Source of the DNA: the human T2T-CHM13v2.0 reference genome, Homo sapiens
Length of the DNA stretch: 64,000 nt
NCBI RefSeq assembly: GCF_009914755.1
Contig: NC_060937.1
Strand: one strand, 5' to 3'
How positions within the stretch are numbered: position 1 is the stretch's first letter; every line of letters starts with the position of its first letter. A program made the translations under genes and the position numbers. Of the stretch, positions 15,695 through 28,873 are shown piece after piece. The notes beneath the pieces are model-generated. The model saw nothing but the letters and a program-made list of their open reading frames with translations, had not been told where the DNA came from and made no database searches.

Positions 15695-16141
15695 TCTATG
15701 GGGTGAGAGAAAGTAAACTGAAGTGGAATTGCCTGTGATTTAGTTTTGTGAGACATACTGGGAGATGGTGTATTGGACAGCTCCCTAGGTCTTGTTTAAT
15801 TGCCCAGTGGCTTTGAGAGTGTTCTTGAGACCATGCCTGACAAAGACTGCTTGCTGCTCAGATGAAGCCCATTACTCCTTCTTCATGGCTCACTGCTAGA
15901 CTGAGAGCATTAATTTGCAGAAATCTGGCTTTCTTTTCACTTCAGCAATCTGGTTCCAAACTCTCTGTAGGCTGGCTCTAGTTACTATTCTCTTATGACT
16001 CTGGGTAGAATGCCTTCCATGGATGCACTAAGTAGGTGTTGCCACTTGACTCCCAGGTTGATATAATCTTGCCTTATTTTATGTTTCTTAAATGAAAATT
16101 CATCTCTTTTCCACATGTGGCATTAAGAACCAACACTATTA

Positions 16142-16432
<291 letters not shown>

Positions 16433-16809
16433 CTAATAAATGAGACCCTGAGCATTTTCCCATTCATGATTATTAGCCCCAGACAACTTAAAGCTAAAAA
16501 AATAACCAAAAAAAACCCAAAAACCTTTTGTTTTATTTTTTAAATCACTTAAACCCTAGTAAGGGATGCAATTAGGTTTTGCATGCCTGATTCATTTCAA
16601 TTAAGATAGACTTGTTTGCAGATTTACGGTGTTGAATCTCAGACTGCTGTCTAATATTTAAAAGATATTAGACCGTAGAAGATCTTGTAACTTCTCTGCA
16701 CCGTAAGACTGGTAATAGATTTGTATTATTAATACAATCATGTTTACTGGAAAGAAGAGTTCTATTTTTTGGTGCCTCCACCAGAAAAATGAGACATGCT
16801 TCAGACTGA

Positions 16810-17260
16810 TTCATTCATCCATAAACTATTAATTGATCATCTGTTACATTCTAGACACTAGAGATAAAATAATGAACAAAGCAGACAAAAATCTCTCACT
16901 TCACAGAGATTCTATTCTGCTTGAAGGAAACTATCAATAAGTACAATAAATAAGTAAAATATGTGGAATGTGAGATGGTAATAAGTGGTATGAAGTAGAA
17001 TGAAGTGGAAGCAGGAGTAGGGAGTGCCAGGGTGGCTGTGATTTTAAATTGGGTGATCTAGAAAGGCTCACTAAGGAGGTGCCATTTGAACAGAGGACTG
17101 AAGGGGGCGAGGGAGTGAGTTTGGGTAAGTGCATTTCAGGTAGAAGTAACAGCAAATGTAAATGAAATGCCCTCAAGCCAGAATGCGTGTGGCTTGTGCC
17201 TGTGCAACAGCAAGGAAGCATTTTGGACTTAGCAATACACCTTGGATTTTCTAAATGTAT
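16810..17260 (-). mobile_element. L2a-like LINE fragment
   Basis: TTCATTCATCCATAAACTATTAATTGA..ATGAACAAAGCAGACAAAAATCTC..GAAAGGCTCACTAAGGAGGTGCCATTTGAACAGAG..AACAGCAAATGTAAA. Confidence 0.8.
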
Positions 17261-17949
17261 AACAGACTTTGGGAACTTCATTGTTCATCCTCCTAGCATT
17301 CTCATATACGCACTGTGCAACATCTTTAATTTATGTGTAACTTTATGAATGTATGGATTTATTTATTTTTATACTCTATGTTATTCCAAAAATGTTCCAC
17401 ATAATTTCTAACTGGATCTTTAATCTTCTGTCTCTTTTCCCTGGAATACAACTATCAGAGTAATTTTCCTAAAACACTGTTTTATTCATGTTCCTCTCAT
17501 TCTTAAGAACCTAAAACTTCTCCTTTAATCAAGTCCAAAATTTTCAATTTGCTGTTCAAGGTCCTCTGTCTTGGGTACGATATTCCTTCATGCACCCTAC
17601 CTCCATATCACCTGTCTATGTGTCATACTTATTCCCACCCACACATGAACTCATGCTGCCCCCACTGCCTTGAGAGCCCCCATTTCTCATTGCCAATTCA
17701 TTTTATACATAACTTTGAAATAAAAAATCAAAACTCAAATCTACCTCACTTATTTATTCAACAAAGCATTTATTTATTATCTTCTATACACCAGGCATTC
17801 AACAGCATGAAACCTTATGCAATTAACATGAGCCTTGAAGAATGGCTTTCTTTTCCTGGTCTCCTATAACAGTCTAAAATATACAGCAGAACACTGTATT
17901 TCATTAAATATTCTTGTTAAGTTTCTACTGTGAATACGTATTTTCCCCG

Positions 17950-18058
17950 GAGGTAAGCTGTAAATTCCTTGAGGACAGGAGCTTTGTCTTTTGTTACTTT
18001 GTACTTTTCACAGTGCCTGGCATAGTAGAAGCAAATTAAATATTTGTTGATACATTGA
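17950..18058 (+). mobile_element. L2 3' end
   Basis: CTGTAAATTCCTTGAGGACAGG..CACAGTGCCTGGCATAGTAG..AAATATTTGTTGA. Confidence 0.7.
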
Positions 18059-18484
18059 TTTCATTTCCAAGGGTTTTTTAGATGCTGTCACAGCAAACCC
18101 CTGAAGATCTTTTAAAATTATATTTAATTACTCTCCCATCTTATTAATTAAGTAAAAATGGCAACTTCTGCAACACCATGATAAACAGCGAATACTTCAT
18201 TGGCCAGCTGGCTCACCCAAGTCTTTTATAACATTGGATGAAAGATACATCATCCACTTTCTCCTTTCAGTTGATGGTATTTTGATCTGTACAAAAACTG
18301 CAGGACATCGGCTGCTTTAACAGTGATAAATGTGGGCTACAGCAGATAATGTTGAGTCCTATGCTCAAACCGAGAACATTCATCATGCGCTTCTTTCTGT
18401 GGATGAGTGAACAAATCCCCAGGTCCCCATTGTTCGTGATGGGACAAGATACATCTCCTTCTTTCAAACAGCAAGACAGCTGTT

Positions 18485-18875
18485 TAAATTTTCAAGGCAT
18501 CTATGAATTGTCCACAGAACCATGCCTTATAAGACATTGTATCCTCCAGCTAAGTTCCAGCCGCACTGGGCTTCTTCCCGTTCAAGTGTGTCAATCCCTT
18601 TCCTAGCCTCAGCTCTTCAATATTTGCTGCCCTCCCTGCCTGAAATGCTCTTCTCTCAGCTCTGCAAAGTCTCTTTTTTATTCTTCAGCTTTCAGTTCAA
18701 ATACTGCCCCCTTAACCCGGCCTTCCATGACCACTTTTATTTACAGATGCCCTTTCTACCCCCAAAACAACCTATAAACCACTGTTACATCACCTTCTTA
18801 TTTCTTTAATAGTATTTATCCCAGTCTAGCCTAGAAGAGGTCTGGCACTTGGTAAATATGTGTTAAGTGAAAGAA
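18485..18875 (+). mobile_element. L2 fragment
   Basis: CCAGCCGCACTGGGCTTCTT..TGCTGCCCTCCCTGCCTGAAATGCTCTTC..GGCCTTCCATGACCAC..GGTAAATATGTGTTAAGTGAA. Confidence 0.7.
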
Positions 18876-19214
18876 CAAATAACTGGTTATAAAATTAGCT
18901 ACACATTGTTTACCAGCATTGTTTACTACCTCATGCTCCATCCTATAAGTGATATCCACAAACCACCTGTGCAGTACTTGACTTTCAATAACTTATAGCT
19001 TTAATAATTAGTATTGCTTTTACTTGAATAAATGGGAGTGAAAATTTTAAATGAGAAATGTCCTGTTGATCCATATCCCTGGCCTGGCCTGTTTTTGTTC
19101 CCTGAATAGCCTTAGCTTCCATTAATGACTCTGATTATCTCTTAGCTCTGTGGATTTAACCCTGATCAAACTCATTTAATCTTTCAACTGCAGGGCAATC
19201 CTCATGTGAATCAG

Positions 19215-19410
19215 AATCCTTCATTTGTGTTGTACAGAAAACATCTGCATCTTTACAGCAGCTCTGTGAGTTGGCAAAGCATGCAGCGGGGTGATCTCCA
19301 TTGTACAGATTAAGAAGAGGTTTAAAAAAATAAGTGACTTTACTAAGGTCATGTGACTAGAAAATAAGGATGAAGGCAGAGATGGGACAAGAGAGTCTGT
19401 TCTTGTATTC
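19215..19410 (-). mobile_element. MIR fragment
   Basis: CTCCATTGTACAGATTAAGAAGAGG..AAGTGACTTTACTAAGGTCATGTGACTAG antisense MIR core. Confidence 0.65.
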
Positions 19411-19789
19411 AGAGGGGTGCTCTCATGGCACTCAGGAAATCTTATTATCAGTGTCTTTCTGGATGAAAACAATGAGAACAGACCACTGGGAAAAAAAAAG
19501 TTCTCAACTGCATGCACAAAATCGTCCTCACCCTTTACTCCTGTCATGACCACAGAACTCACGGTAGTTTCAGAAAGCAGGCCAGTTCCCATGCTTTCAG
19601 CCATGTAGATTTGGTTTGCTCTCCGTCCCTGGGTTGCCTTCAATTCCTTTAGTCACTTGCATTTATTTTACGTTAATTTGGGCATTCTGCCATCGGCCTG
19701 TCTTTCTAGTTGTTCTTTACTTATTAATTTAGGAGTACATGTAGTCTATCAAGAGCTGTGCTTTCACATGGAGGCAAAATTGGACTTTT

Positions 19790-20093
19790 TAAATTATTAT
19801 TATATTTTTTTGAGGTGGAGTCTCACTCTGTTGCCCAGGCTGGAGGGCAGTGGCAGGATATAGGCTCACTGCAAGCTCCGCCTCCTGGGTTAAAGTGATC
19901 CTCCAGCCTCAGCCTCCCGAGTAGCTGGGACTACAAGTGCATGCCACTGCGTCTGGCTAATTTTTGTATTTTTAGCAGAGACGGGGTTTCACCATGTTGG
20001 CCAGGCTGGTCTCGAACTCCTGACCTCAGTTGATCCACCTGCCTCCACCTTCCAAAGTGCTGAGAATACAGGCATGAGCCACTGTGCCCGGCC
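19790..20093 (-). mobile_element. AluS with 15-bp TSD
   Basis: Full dimer; TSD CAAAATTGGACTTTT at 19775-19789 and 20094-20108. Confidence 0.95.
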
Positions 20094-21259
20094 CAAAATT
20101 GGACTTTTAAAGAAGAAGGAAAACTCTCAGATTACAATTATCCTAAATAAATTGGAGACTTTTACTAAAACAGAATTACCTGGGGGAAAGAGAGAAAGGG
20201 AGAGGGGGAGAGAGAATATGAATGAGATCTAAGAGCATGTCTCAGTAGAAAAAATAGAAATTTATCAGGCTCACTAGAGGAAAGTAGAAGAAGCATGTAT
20301 GTCTGTGATTGCATGAGCATTTTATCCTCCTTGTCTGTAGATGTCAACACTGGGGGTATTACTGAAAGAACCCCAAGTAGAGCTGAAAAGAATGATCTAC
20401 ATACAGCAAGCCACCAAGCAGGCCAGGAATGGGATCCTTTGGCTTATTTAATGCCTGCCTAACATTGGTGCGGGGAGGGGGGCCCTGCTTCTCAGGCCAC
20501 ACAGCAACTATGCCCAGAAATCCCGTGGGGGATGACTAGGCCCAGCGCCTTCACTGGTTGGATTCTTTAGTCAGCTATCTTTCCTTCGCGGGTTTGAGTT
20601 TCTTCACCTAAGGAAACCTAGTCATGGCCTATTGTATTTGCCAGAGTTGTGGGACCAAGTGAGAAACGTGAGAGAGACAGAATTTTGGAATCCATTAAAT
20701 CCACACAGGTACAGGTTATCTTCATGTTATTAATGCACAGATAGACCTGCTCCTTGCTAGCTCTGTTAATGACTTTTGTGAGTCCCTTTGGGATTTCTTC
20801 AGTTCTGCTGGTTAATGGTCATTTCATTTCAGCTCAGGATATAGAAGCTGCTTAAGGATCCTGCTCTCATCTGTTCCTTCCTATGTCTAGACTGGAGAGA
20901 CTGACTTGCATGAGATATAATTTTAGTGCTGGCAGGCCAGCTGCTGTCTATGATATCATGGAAGGTGACCTTATGTTGCCTACAGATGTTAAACACTGCT
21001 TGCAGGTGACCTGGCAATTCTGCCTCTCTCTCCATTCTGCATACTAAATCTCTCCATCAATCCGAACTAAGCATGGAGGGTGATTTGTTCTGCTAAAAGT
21101 CTCATAGGAATTTCTTAACTATTGCTGACAAAAGAAAAAGGCAAAAAAAAAGTAAGGCCAATTTATTTCCAGGCTTTTGCTAAGTAGCAGATGTTTCCTG
21201 TGCAAAAGTAGTATTATAGCAGCATGTTATATTTGCATAGCATCATATGGTTTTGAAAA

Positions 21260-21770
21260 ACAAACTTTGTTTTAAAAATTATACAAGGAATCATGAATAT
21301 ATTCACGTTGAAAAAACTTGAAACAACATGGAAATATATAGAGGCAATCGTTTCTTCTGGGAAAAAACAGGGATCTTGGGGTGATATAAGAGATACAGTT
21401 GAAGGAAGATCTCAATTTTGCCTCTATATTGAAATGTTATTGTTTATCAGTACATAGCTTGTATAAGCATTTGTATACATATAAAGATTTCTGTATATAA
21501 ATAGATTCATACTGAACATATCATTCAGCAATTTTTCCTTAATCTTGATGAGCTTTCTAAGTCATTAGAAAATAGATTTGCTACATTAAAAAACATATAG
21601 CTCCATGCTATTTCCAGAGTATGCCAATCACTTTGCTACATATGAACATTTGTTTTGAACTTGCTGATATAACAGTGTTGTAAAAAACATTTCTGCACAT
21701 ACAGCTTTCTGCACATGCACAGGTATTTCTTTCAGTAGGATAGAAACCTGGAAATGAAATTGCTGAATCA
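21260..21770 (-). mobile_element. Old L1ME-type 3' fragment
   Basis: AAATTATACAAGGAATCATGAATATATTC..CATACTGAACATATCATTCAGCAATTTTT..TGCACATGCACAGGTATTTCT..GGATAGAAACCTGGAAATGAAATTGCTGAATCA. Confidence 0.6.
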
Positions 21771-22781
21771 GACTTTGGGTAAATTACCTCTCCAGAACTC
21801 AGTTTATTTTCAGTAAAATAAATTTAATATTACCAACCTTGTGTCATTTTGAGCATTTAAAATTAAAATTAAATATTTAAATTATAAATCCAGGTTCATT
21901 CTCCTTATTGAAGTCTTTTTAAAAAATCAGTTAAAATTCTTTTTCTCCTCACTATTCTCACAGTCGTTATTCCTCTACATCTGTTCCTCTATGTTCTGTT
22001 CTATATTAGGTGTTTGATGTGCAAAAGAAGAAGTGAAACAACTATTTAAATTCCTTTCCTCCACGTTCTCCTCATCCTGAAGAATGTTCAAGTTCTGTAT
22101 TCTGTCTTCCCTTCTCCACCTCTGCTCTTCTCTTTCCTGGTTTGTTTTGTCTGTGGTTCTCATCCTTTCTTTTCACAAGCTACATGGAGGCAGCCAGCTG
22201 GAAATTGGCCTCTGAGGCTGGGGGAGTCGGAATATGAGGGGTGAAAGTGCTGGGGTGTGGAGACCCTAGGACAAGTTGCCAGCTGAGGCTGAACCAGAGC
22301 TGTGTCTAGGAGCCAGGCATCAAGTGGTACCATGAAGGGTTTACGCAGATGCTTCAAGCTTTAGGGTTATAGCATTTAATGCTTTAAATGAATCCTCTAA
22401 TGGGCTCATTACCAGCTTCTCGAGAACTCGAGAACTCCGAGGGGCAGACTGAGGAAGGTGAAGAGAGGAGGGACACGGGTAGGGCTGGAAGTGCACTGAG
22501 GTTTGGCAGTGAAGGTAGCATCTTGCAGCTGGGGCTTGGCCTCTTATTTATTGCCTCAAGCCCCGGTACGCACAGTCCTCCGGTGGTGCGGGGTGCGGGT
22601 GGGGGGAACCCTGGGCAAAGTCAAATACAGGGGAAGGATTCGTTTCTAGTTCTTATGTGTCATAGCGTTTTGCAACATTCCAATATTCTAACCTTTTTAA
22701 ACTCCCTGTTAAATGTGAGCATATTTGATGTAGATTTTCCCCTTAAAACGTTTTCTCTCCCTTGAAATCCATCACGTTCTT

Positions 22782-22929
22782 TTTTTAAAAAAACAAATTT
22801 ATCTTTATTTATTTATTTTGAGATAGAGTCTCGCTGTGTTGGTCTTGAACGCCCAGGCTTTGATGATGTTCCCACCTGGGTTGCCCGCCGGGTTGCTGGG
22901 ATTACAGGCTTGCGCCACCGTACCTGGCC
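22782..22929 (-). mobile_element. FLAM (free left Alu monomer) with 13-bp TSD
   Basis: Single monomer GAGATAGAGTCTCGCTGTGTTGGTCTTGAAC..GCTGGGATTACAGGCTTGCGCCACCGTACCTGGCC; TSD CCATCAC(G/A)TTCTT at 22769-22781 and 22930-22942. Confidence 0.88.
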
Positions 22930-24329
22930 CATCACATTCTTCATGAATTGTTTCTCTCATGGCTGGAGGTCTTTTAGCATCTTACGTATTTGTTTTGAAG
23001 GGAAAGACTAAAGCAAAGCTGCAGCCTGAAGCCTGAGACTACCACAGATTACATGGGAGCACCCCCGTTGATGTTATGACTAGAGGTGTGGGGTTTGAAA
23101 TAGCTCAGAAAGCTGACCTCTGTTTCCAGGCCAGGCGCAGGCCTGAGGCATTGAATGTTGCCAGCAGGCTGAAATACATCCTGACACTTTCCTTTGTGGG
23201 GATCAGTGCTGCACATATGGTGCCTGTTAACTGCTTATGTGATGATCAAGTAGGGACATTAGGAAATTAAAAAGAGATGGTTAAAGCTGTTGCTGAGGAG
23301 TTTAGCCACTAGCACCCAGTCTTAGCTTTGCGTCTTCATGCGAATGCAGTTTTCTCATCTTTCATCTGTTCTATTGCCTGAGTAGGTTAGTGCCATCTGC
23401 ATAGACAGGAAATCCAGAAGGGAAGGACTTCATGGGGTCCGTTGACTTGTCCTCGCCCTACCAAGCAGTTGGTGTGTTTAATCAATACACTTTAATATAA
23501 ATGTGAGGAAGAGGAAACATGGCAGATCCGCAGTTGGATCTTTGATCTCTCAGTTCTTCCCTTGGAACCTCTGCAAGTGAATCCATGCTGTTCATTATGC
23601 TCCCCCAAAGAACATCATGAGCTGTTCTATGGGGCCAGATTTTCATCCTACAATCATCTGAGAATAGTTCCCATATTGTAGAAGAGATGACTATCTGGTC
23701 CAATGAGTCAAGAGGGATAAAAGCACAATCCATTTGTGTGGGGGAAAGGCATGGTCTTGTGGCTAAAGAACAAAAACCCAGCATCTCTCCTGGATATGAC
23801 ATTTAACTCAGTGCATTAGGCATGCCATTTTATCTTATGATACAGAAATCTTGGGAAATGTTACAGCTGCCTAGGTGCCGGGTTGTTCCCAAGATTTATG
23901 CCTTCAATATGCTTTAGATTTTAATTCAAAGTATGAAATTACATGGCCACAAAATGCTGATGTAAGACTTTTGGTTTTCAATTGAATTTAGGAAACTTGG
24001 GGCTTTCTTACATTTTGTTTCTATGCCATCCTTAAAACCACATGTGACTCCTTTGTATCATGTTCCCATTACACAGAGAACTCTTTCGACATAATCTGTG
24101 TCTCTTCTGCCTTACATCCCAGGAAAGCAAATCTTTTGGTCCCTTCTGTTCCTGTCTCCTCCTTCTTGTCTTATTTCAATATCTGTTTTCACACCAGACC
24201 TTACACCTAGAAAATTCTCCCACTTTCCTTCCAATAATAACTCTCCTTACCTCTAATCCTTTTATCTTATTCCACTTTTCAAATTTCTCTTGCTCATTTA
24301 AAATCACTGAAAAGATTTTCATTTGTTGA

Positions 24330-24455
24330 CTTAGGCATGATTTCTTCCACCAGTCCTAACCAAAGAGAAATCTCTCTCTTTCTTTTCAGTGCCTGGCACA
24401 GTGCCCACCACATACTACATGCCCCATAAATGTTTTTTGAATAAACGAATAAATA
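24330..24455 (+). mobile_element. L2 3' end
   Basis: CAGTGCCTGGCACAGTGCCCACCACATA..ATAAATGTTTTTTGAATAAACGAAT. Confidence 0.65.
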
Positions 24456-24574
24456 CTTCCTCCTTCACAAAAATAACTTGATTATAAAATATGAAATGTG
24501 AATGGTGGATGCCTATTCATTGGGATAATAGTGATACCATGTCAACGTTGTGTAGGACTCTCTAGTTTAAGGAG

Positions 24575-24803
24575 CACGCTGTTGCTACTGTCTGGAATGC
24601 TCTTGCCTTCATCCCAAGAACTCCCCAATTCCTCACCACTGACCACATCCTAGCAGGCTTTCAGGACTTGATTTAGGGTCACTTCCTTCAGAAAGCCTTC
24701 CTGAAATTCCAAGGCTGTTAAGACTCCTCCTCTGTGCCTCCAGTCTACATATTTCTCATGGGACTGATGTTTACTTCTGTCTCTCTTCTTTCCTCCCAAT
24801 AGT
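24575..24803 (+). mobile_element. L2 fragment, continued at 25615-25690 after the MER44 insertion
   Basis: GCTGTTGCTACTGTCTGGAATGCTCTT..GTCACTTCCTTCAGAAAGCCTTCCTGA; resumes TCAGTGCCTAGCAAGGGTCCTGGAACAT..GAATGGAT. Confidence 0.65.
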
Positions 24804-24805
24804 TA

Positions 24806-25614
24806 CAATAGTGCCTTCTTTGCCAGGGTTTCAGTTATGCACAGTCAACCATGCTCCAAAAATATTAAATAGAAAATTCCAGAAATAAACAATTCATAAA
24901 TTTTAAATTGCATGCCATACTGAGTAATGAGATGAAATTTCTTGCCATCCCATTCCATCTACTGGACAAAGTGAACTGACGTCCTCACTTTGTCCAGTAG
25001 ACCCAGTAGACACTGCTGCCCACTAGTCATTAGTAGCTGTCTTGATGATCAGATCAACTGTCCGAATATCATAGTGCTCGTGTTTAAGTAACCCTTATTT
25101 TATTTAATAAAAGTCCCGAAGCATAAGAGTAGTGATGCTGGCAACCTGGTATGCCAAAAAGCAGCTGTAAAGTGCTTTCTTTAAGTGAAAGGGTGAAAGC
25201 TCTTCACTTCTTAAGGAAAGAAAAAAAAATTATATGCTGAGGTTGCTAAGAGCTGTGTTAAGAACAAATCTATCTGTGAAATTGTGAAGAAGGAAAAAGA
25301 AATACATGGTAGTTCTGCTTCCACATCTCAAACCAGAAACGTATGGCCACAGTGTGTGATAACTTTCATGATAGTATATTGTTATAATACCACGTATTTG
25401 TTACAATACCATATAAACGTATATACCATATACCAATATATGTTATAATACCATAATCACTTATGCTGCCTAATTTAAAAATTAAACTTTATTATAGGTA
25501 TGTATATATAGGAAAAATCATATATATAGGGTCTGGCACTATCATGTTGGTTTCAGGCATCCACCAGGGGTTTTGGAACTCTTCCCACTAGCCCTCGAAT
25601 AAGGGGGACTATTG
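24806..25614 (+). mobile_element. MER44 (Tigger7-derived, TcMar) with transposase N-terminal remnant
   Basis: Ends CAATAGTGCC.. / ..GGGGACTATTG flanked by TA; AAAATATTAAATAGAAAATTCCAGAAATAAACAATTCATAA; from 25151 reads MPKSSCKVLSLSERVKALHFLRKEKK, like the Tigger/CENP-B N-terminal HTH. Confidence 0.9.
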
Positions 25615-25981
25615 TATTCTTCACTGGGTCCTCAGTGCCTAGCAAGGGTCCTGGAACATTGAAGGCAAACAAAGCATGTTGGGAATGGATAAATGCCGCT
25701 GCTTTGGATGATTTTTAAGAAGTGTGGGTGAGTGAGAAGGGAGACTGGAAGCCTTTTAGAAGAAGGACTGATGCTTTTCAGGTTAAAAGTGAGACTGCAA
25801 CTGAAAGCTCCAAGAATTTTCAAGAGATGAGTGAGGCACACTCAAATTCAGCAACTGAAGGGTGAGGGCTAAGAAGAGCATCACCCGTTTCTTCAGGTTA
25901 CACCAGCATGCACCATCTTGGCATTTCGTCTCTACTGTGATTTCCGTTCCTACCACATATTACAGTGTGAAATTATCTTTT

Positions 25982-26349
25982 TGTCTTAGTCCATTCTGGC
26001 TGCTGTAACACAATACCTTAGACAGGGTGGTTTAAACAACAAACATTTGTTGCTCACAGTTCTGGAGAGTGGGAAATCCAAGATCAAGATGCCAACAGAT
26101 TTAGTGTCTAGGAAAGGCCCTCTTCCTGGTTCATGCATGCCATCTTCTCACTGTGTCTTCAATTGCCATAAAGGGTGAGGGGTTCTCTGGGGTCTCTTTT
26201 ATAGGGGCACTAATCCCAATCGTGAAGCCTCCACCCTCATGACCTAATCACCTCTGAAAGGCCCCACATCCAAATACCATCACATTAAGAATTAGGTTTC
26301 AGCATATGAATTGGCAGGTGGGGGCAGGGCATAAACATTGTCTATAACA
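25982..26349 (-). mobile_element. MLT1A-type MaLR solo LTR
   Basis: TGTCTTAGTCCATTCTGGCTGCTGTAAC..CTCACAGTTCTGGAG..CCCTCATGACCTAATCACCTC..TCTATAACA; flanks CTTTT / CTTCT. Confidence 0.9.
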
Positions 26350-26750
26350 CTTCTAGTCCTCGCTTGTGAACACTCCACTATAGCTGAAGCTCCTTCAGGC
26401 TGGAAAGGATAATGTTTCAGAGCTCTGCTTATCCACGACACTGTGGGCCAGGTGCTTAACAAGGAAAGAAAGGCCTGCTCTCTCCCTGGCCAATGTTTTT
26501 TGATGGCCTCCTTTAGGGAGAGGAGGGATGTCTGTTGTAGGTGGCTGGTATTCCAGAGTAAACTTTTCTGTCATGTGATTATCATAATTATTCTTGCCAT
26601 GGATATTTATAATTAAAGACTACAATCCTGTTCTCTAATTGGTATAGTTTCAGGGTGGCATGGCTTACATCTAGACTGACTAGGCTGCCCTCTGACTTCT
26701 TCCTTTTACCCCCATTTTCCTCTTTGTGAGTCAAACTGTCTCCCAGCATT

Positions 26751-27263
26751 TTGAGTTTGCATTTCCTGACTTTGCTGCTGTGTAGAGAATTTGCATGTGT
26801 GGACATTGCTTTGGATTCCTCTAGATCAGAAATTCCCTTGTGGACCCACTGTGAAGGTAGCAGTGTGTGTGTGTGCATGTGTGTGTGTAGAAAAGTGGTA
26901 CAAATACTATTTTCAAGACTTTCAAAAAGCTTGATGGAAACAGCTTGTGTGAAATAAGATTATACAGGCTAACTAAGCAACTAAACATTTTGTTTTTGTT
27001 TTTGTTTTTGTTTTGTTTGTTTGTTTTGTTTTTGTCTGTGGGCCAGAATTCTATTTGAGAAGGTAGGGTTTAGAAAGAATAGATGCATTTTAAAGGCAGA
27101 TTTGGGTTAAATTTGCAGCTCAGTCATTAACACACTGTGTGACCTTATGCAAATTCTTAACCCTTTGCATTCCGTTTCCCCACTGAGAAGGTGGGACTAA
27201 TAGTCACCAAGCTAAAGTGTTTAGAGACTAAGTAGAAGTCTATCTGTTGAGTGTCTGGCACAT
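26751..27263 (+). repeat. Local duplication copy 1 (unique sequence plus MIR fragment)
   Basis: Colinear with 27895-28390 throughout. Confidence 0.95.
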
Positions 27264-27894
27264 CGTAGAGGCTATATTTGGTCACTCCAGGAACACTCCA
27301 TCACTTTAATATTCAGAGTGTATCTTCCTTTGAGTTAATAGATATCTCATCTGTATATTAATGAGTTGCCTCTTTTCAAAAGCGTTAAATGACACCAGCT
27401 CAGGCATCCTGCCCTCTGTGACAGGCCTCTGAGAGAGGATGCAGTCAGAGAAAGTTGATTTGGAGCCCCACTGATTTTTCTGACATTTTTTTAAGAGCGA
27501 AATTTTCTTCTTTTCAGGGAACTTGAAATGCTAAAAGCAGATGCCCAGAGACATCCTGATGATTGGATTTAAAATTTAAAAAGCATTCCAAACCTTCTAA
27601 GAGACAAATCTGACTTTAGAAGATTCTTACTTTTCATAAAAGTGTTTCCAGTCCCTAGTCACAGTCAAAAATTATTTGCATTAAAGAATACACAGTCTAA
27701 TATGAACTCATGAAAATAATCAATTCCCTTTCAACCGGCATACTTGCTCTTGGAGTGAGAACCTAGGCTGCATTCCTAGTATTACATTAGTCACTGTGGT
27801 CTTCACTAATACAGAATGAAAATTCTCTGGGGCTTATGCCTACCACCTCCAGACTCTAATTACACTAGGAGAAACCAATGTTGCTGCAGAATGC

Positions 27895-28016
27895 TTGAGT
27901 TAGCATTTCCTGACTTTGCTGCCGTGTAGAGAATTTGCATGTGTGGACATTGCTTTGGATCCCTCTGGATCAGAAGTTCCCTTGTGGGCCCACTGTGAAG
28001 GTAACAGTGTGTGTGA

Positions 28017-28052
<36 letters not shown>

Positions 28053-28390
28053 GGGAGTGGTACAAATACTATTTTCAAGATTTTCAAAAAGTTTGATGGA
28101 AACAGCTTATTTGTGTGAAATAATATTATACAGGCTGACTAAACATTGTGTTTTTTGACCGTAGGCCAGAATTCTATTTGGGAAGGCAGGATATAGAAAG
28201 AATGGATGCATTTTAAAGACAGAAAGATTTGGGTTAAATTTGCAGCTCATTCATTTACAAACTGTGTGACCTTATGCAAATTCTTAATCCTACTCATTCT
28301 GCTTTTTCACTGAGAAAGTGGGAATAATAGACACCAAGCTAAAGTGTTTTGAAACTCAGTACAATTCTATTTGTAGAGTGTCTGGCACAT
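27895..28390 (+). repeat. Local duplication copy 2
   Basis: Colinear with 26751-27263, e.g. shared GTAGAGAATTTGCATGTGTGGACATTGCTTTGGAT and GTGGTACAAATACTATTTTCAAGA. Confidence 0.95.
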
Positions 28391-28504
28391 AGCAATCACT
28401 ATGTAGGTGGACTTATGATTATCTGGATTACCATTGCCTTAAACAATACAATAATATGTCACATTCTGGACAGAAATTTCAATAGCACACAGTGCTACCT
28501 TTTG

Positions 28505-28738
28505 TTTTTCTCTCTGTGCCAGGCATTGTATTAAAAGATTTTCATAAATTATCTCATTTAATCCTCATAATAGCTCTCCAAAGATAAGTACTATTATTAT
28601 GCCCATTTTACAGAAGAGAAAACAGAGGCTATCTATGTGATTTGGAAGACACTCACTATCCAAAGATAGCTACTATTGAGTAGAGGAGTCAATAGTCAAA
28701 TTCAGCTCATCTAACTTCAGAGCCCTCCCTCTTAACTG
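28505..28738 (-). mobile_element. MIR (MIRb-like)
   Basis: TGTGCCAGGCATTGTATTAA..ATTATCTCATTTAATCCTCATAA..CCCATTTTACAGAAGAGAAAACAGAGGCT..CTAACTTCAGAGCCC. Confidence 0.85.
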
Positions 28739-28873
28739 GTGCAATTAATTGAGAAGTCATACATGTCCTCAGAAAACTACCAGAAAAAGAGAAATAAATA
28801 AGGAAAGGAAAGAGAAAGACCAAGAAAGAAACAGAAAGAAAGAAAGTAATTGTTTCTTGAGATATATAGTTTG

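Noticed and set aside
25151-25320. Transposase-like start MPKSSCKVLSLSERVK as a TIGD/CENPB-like gene
   Set aside because: Frameshifted, truncated remnant that is a normal part of MER44.
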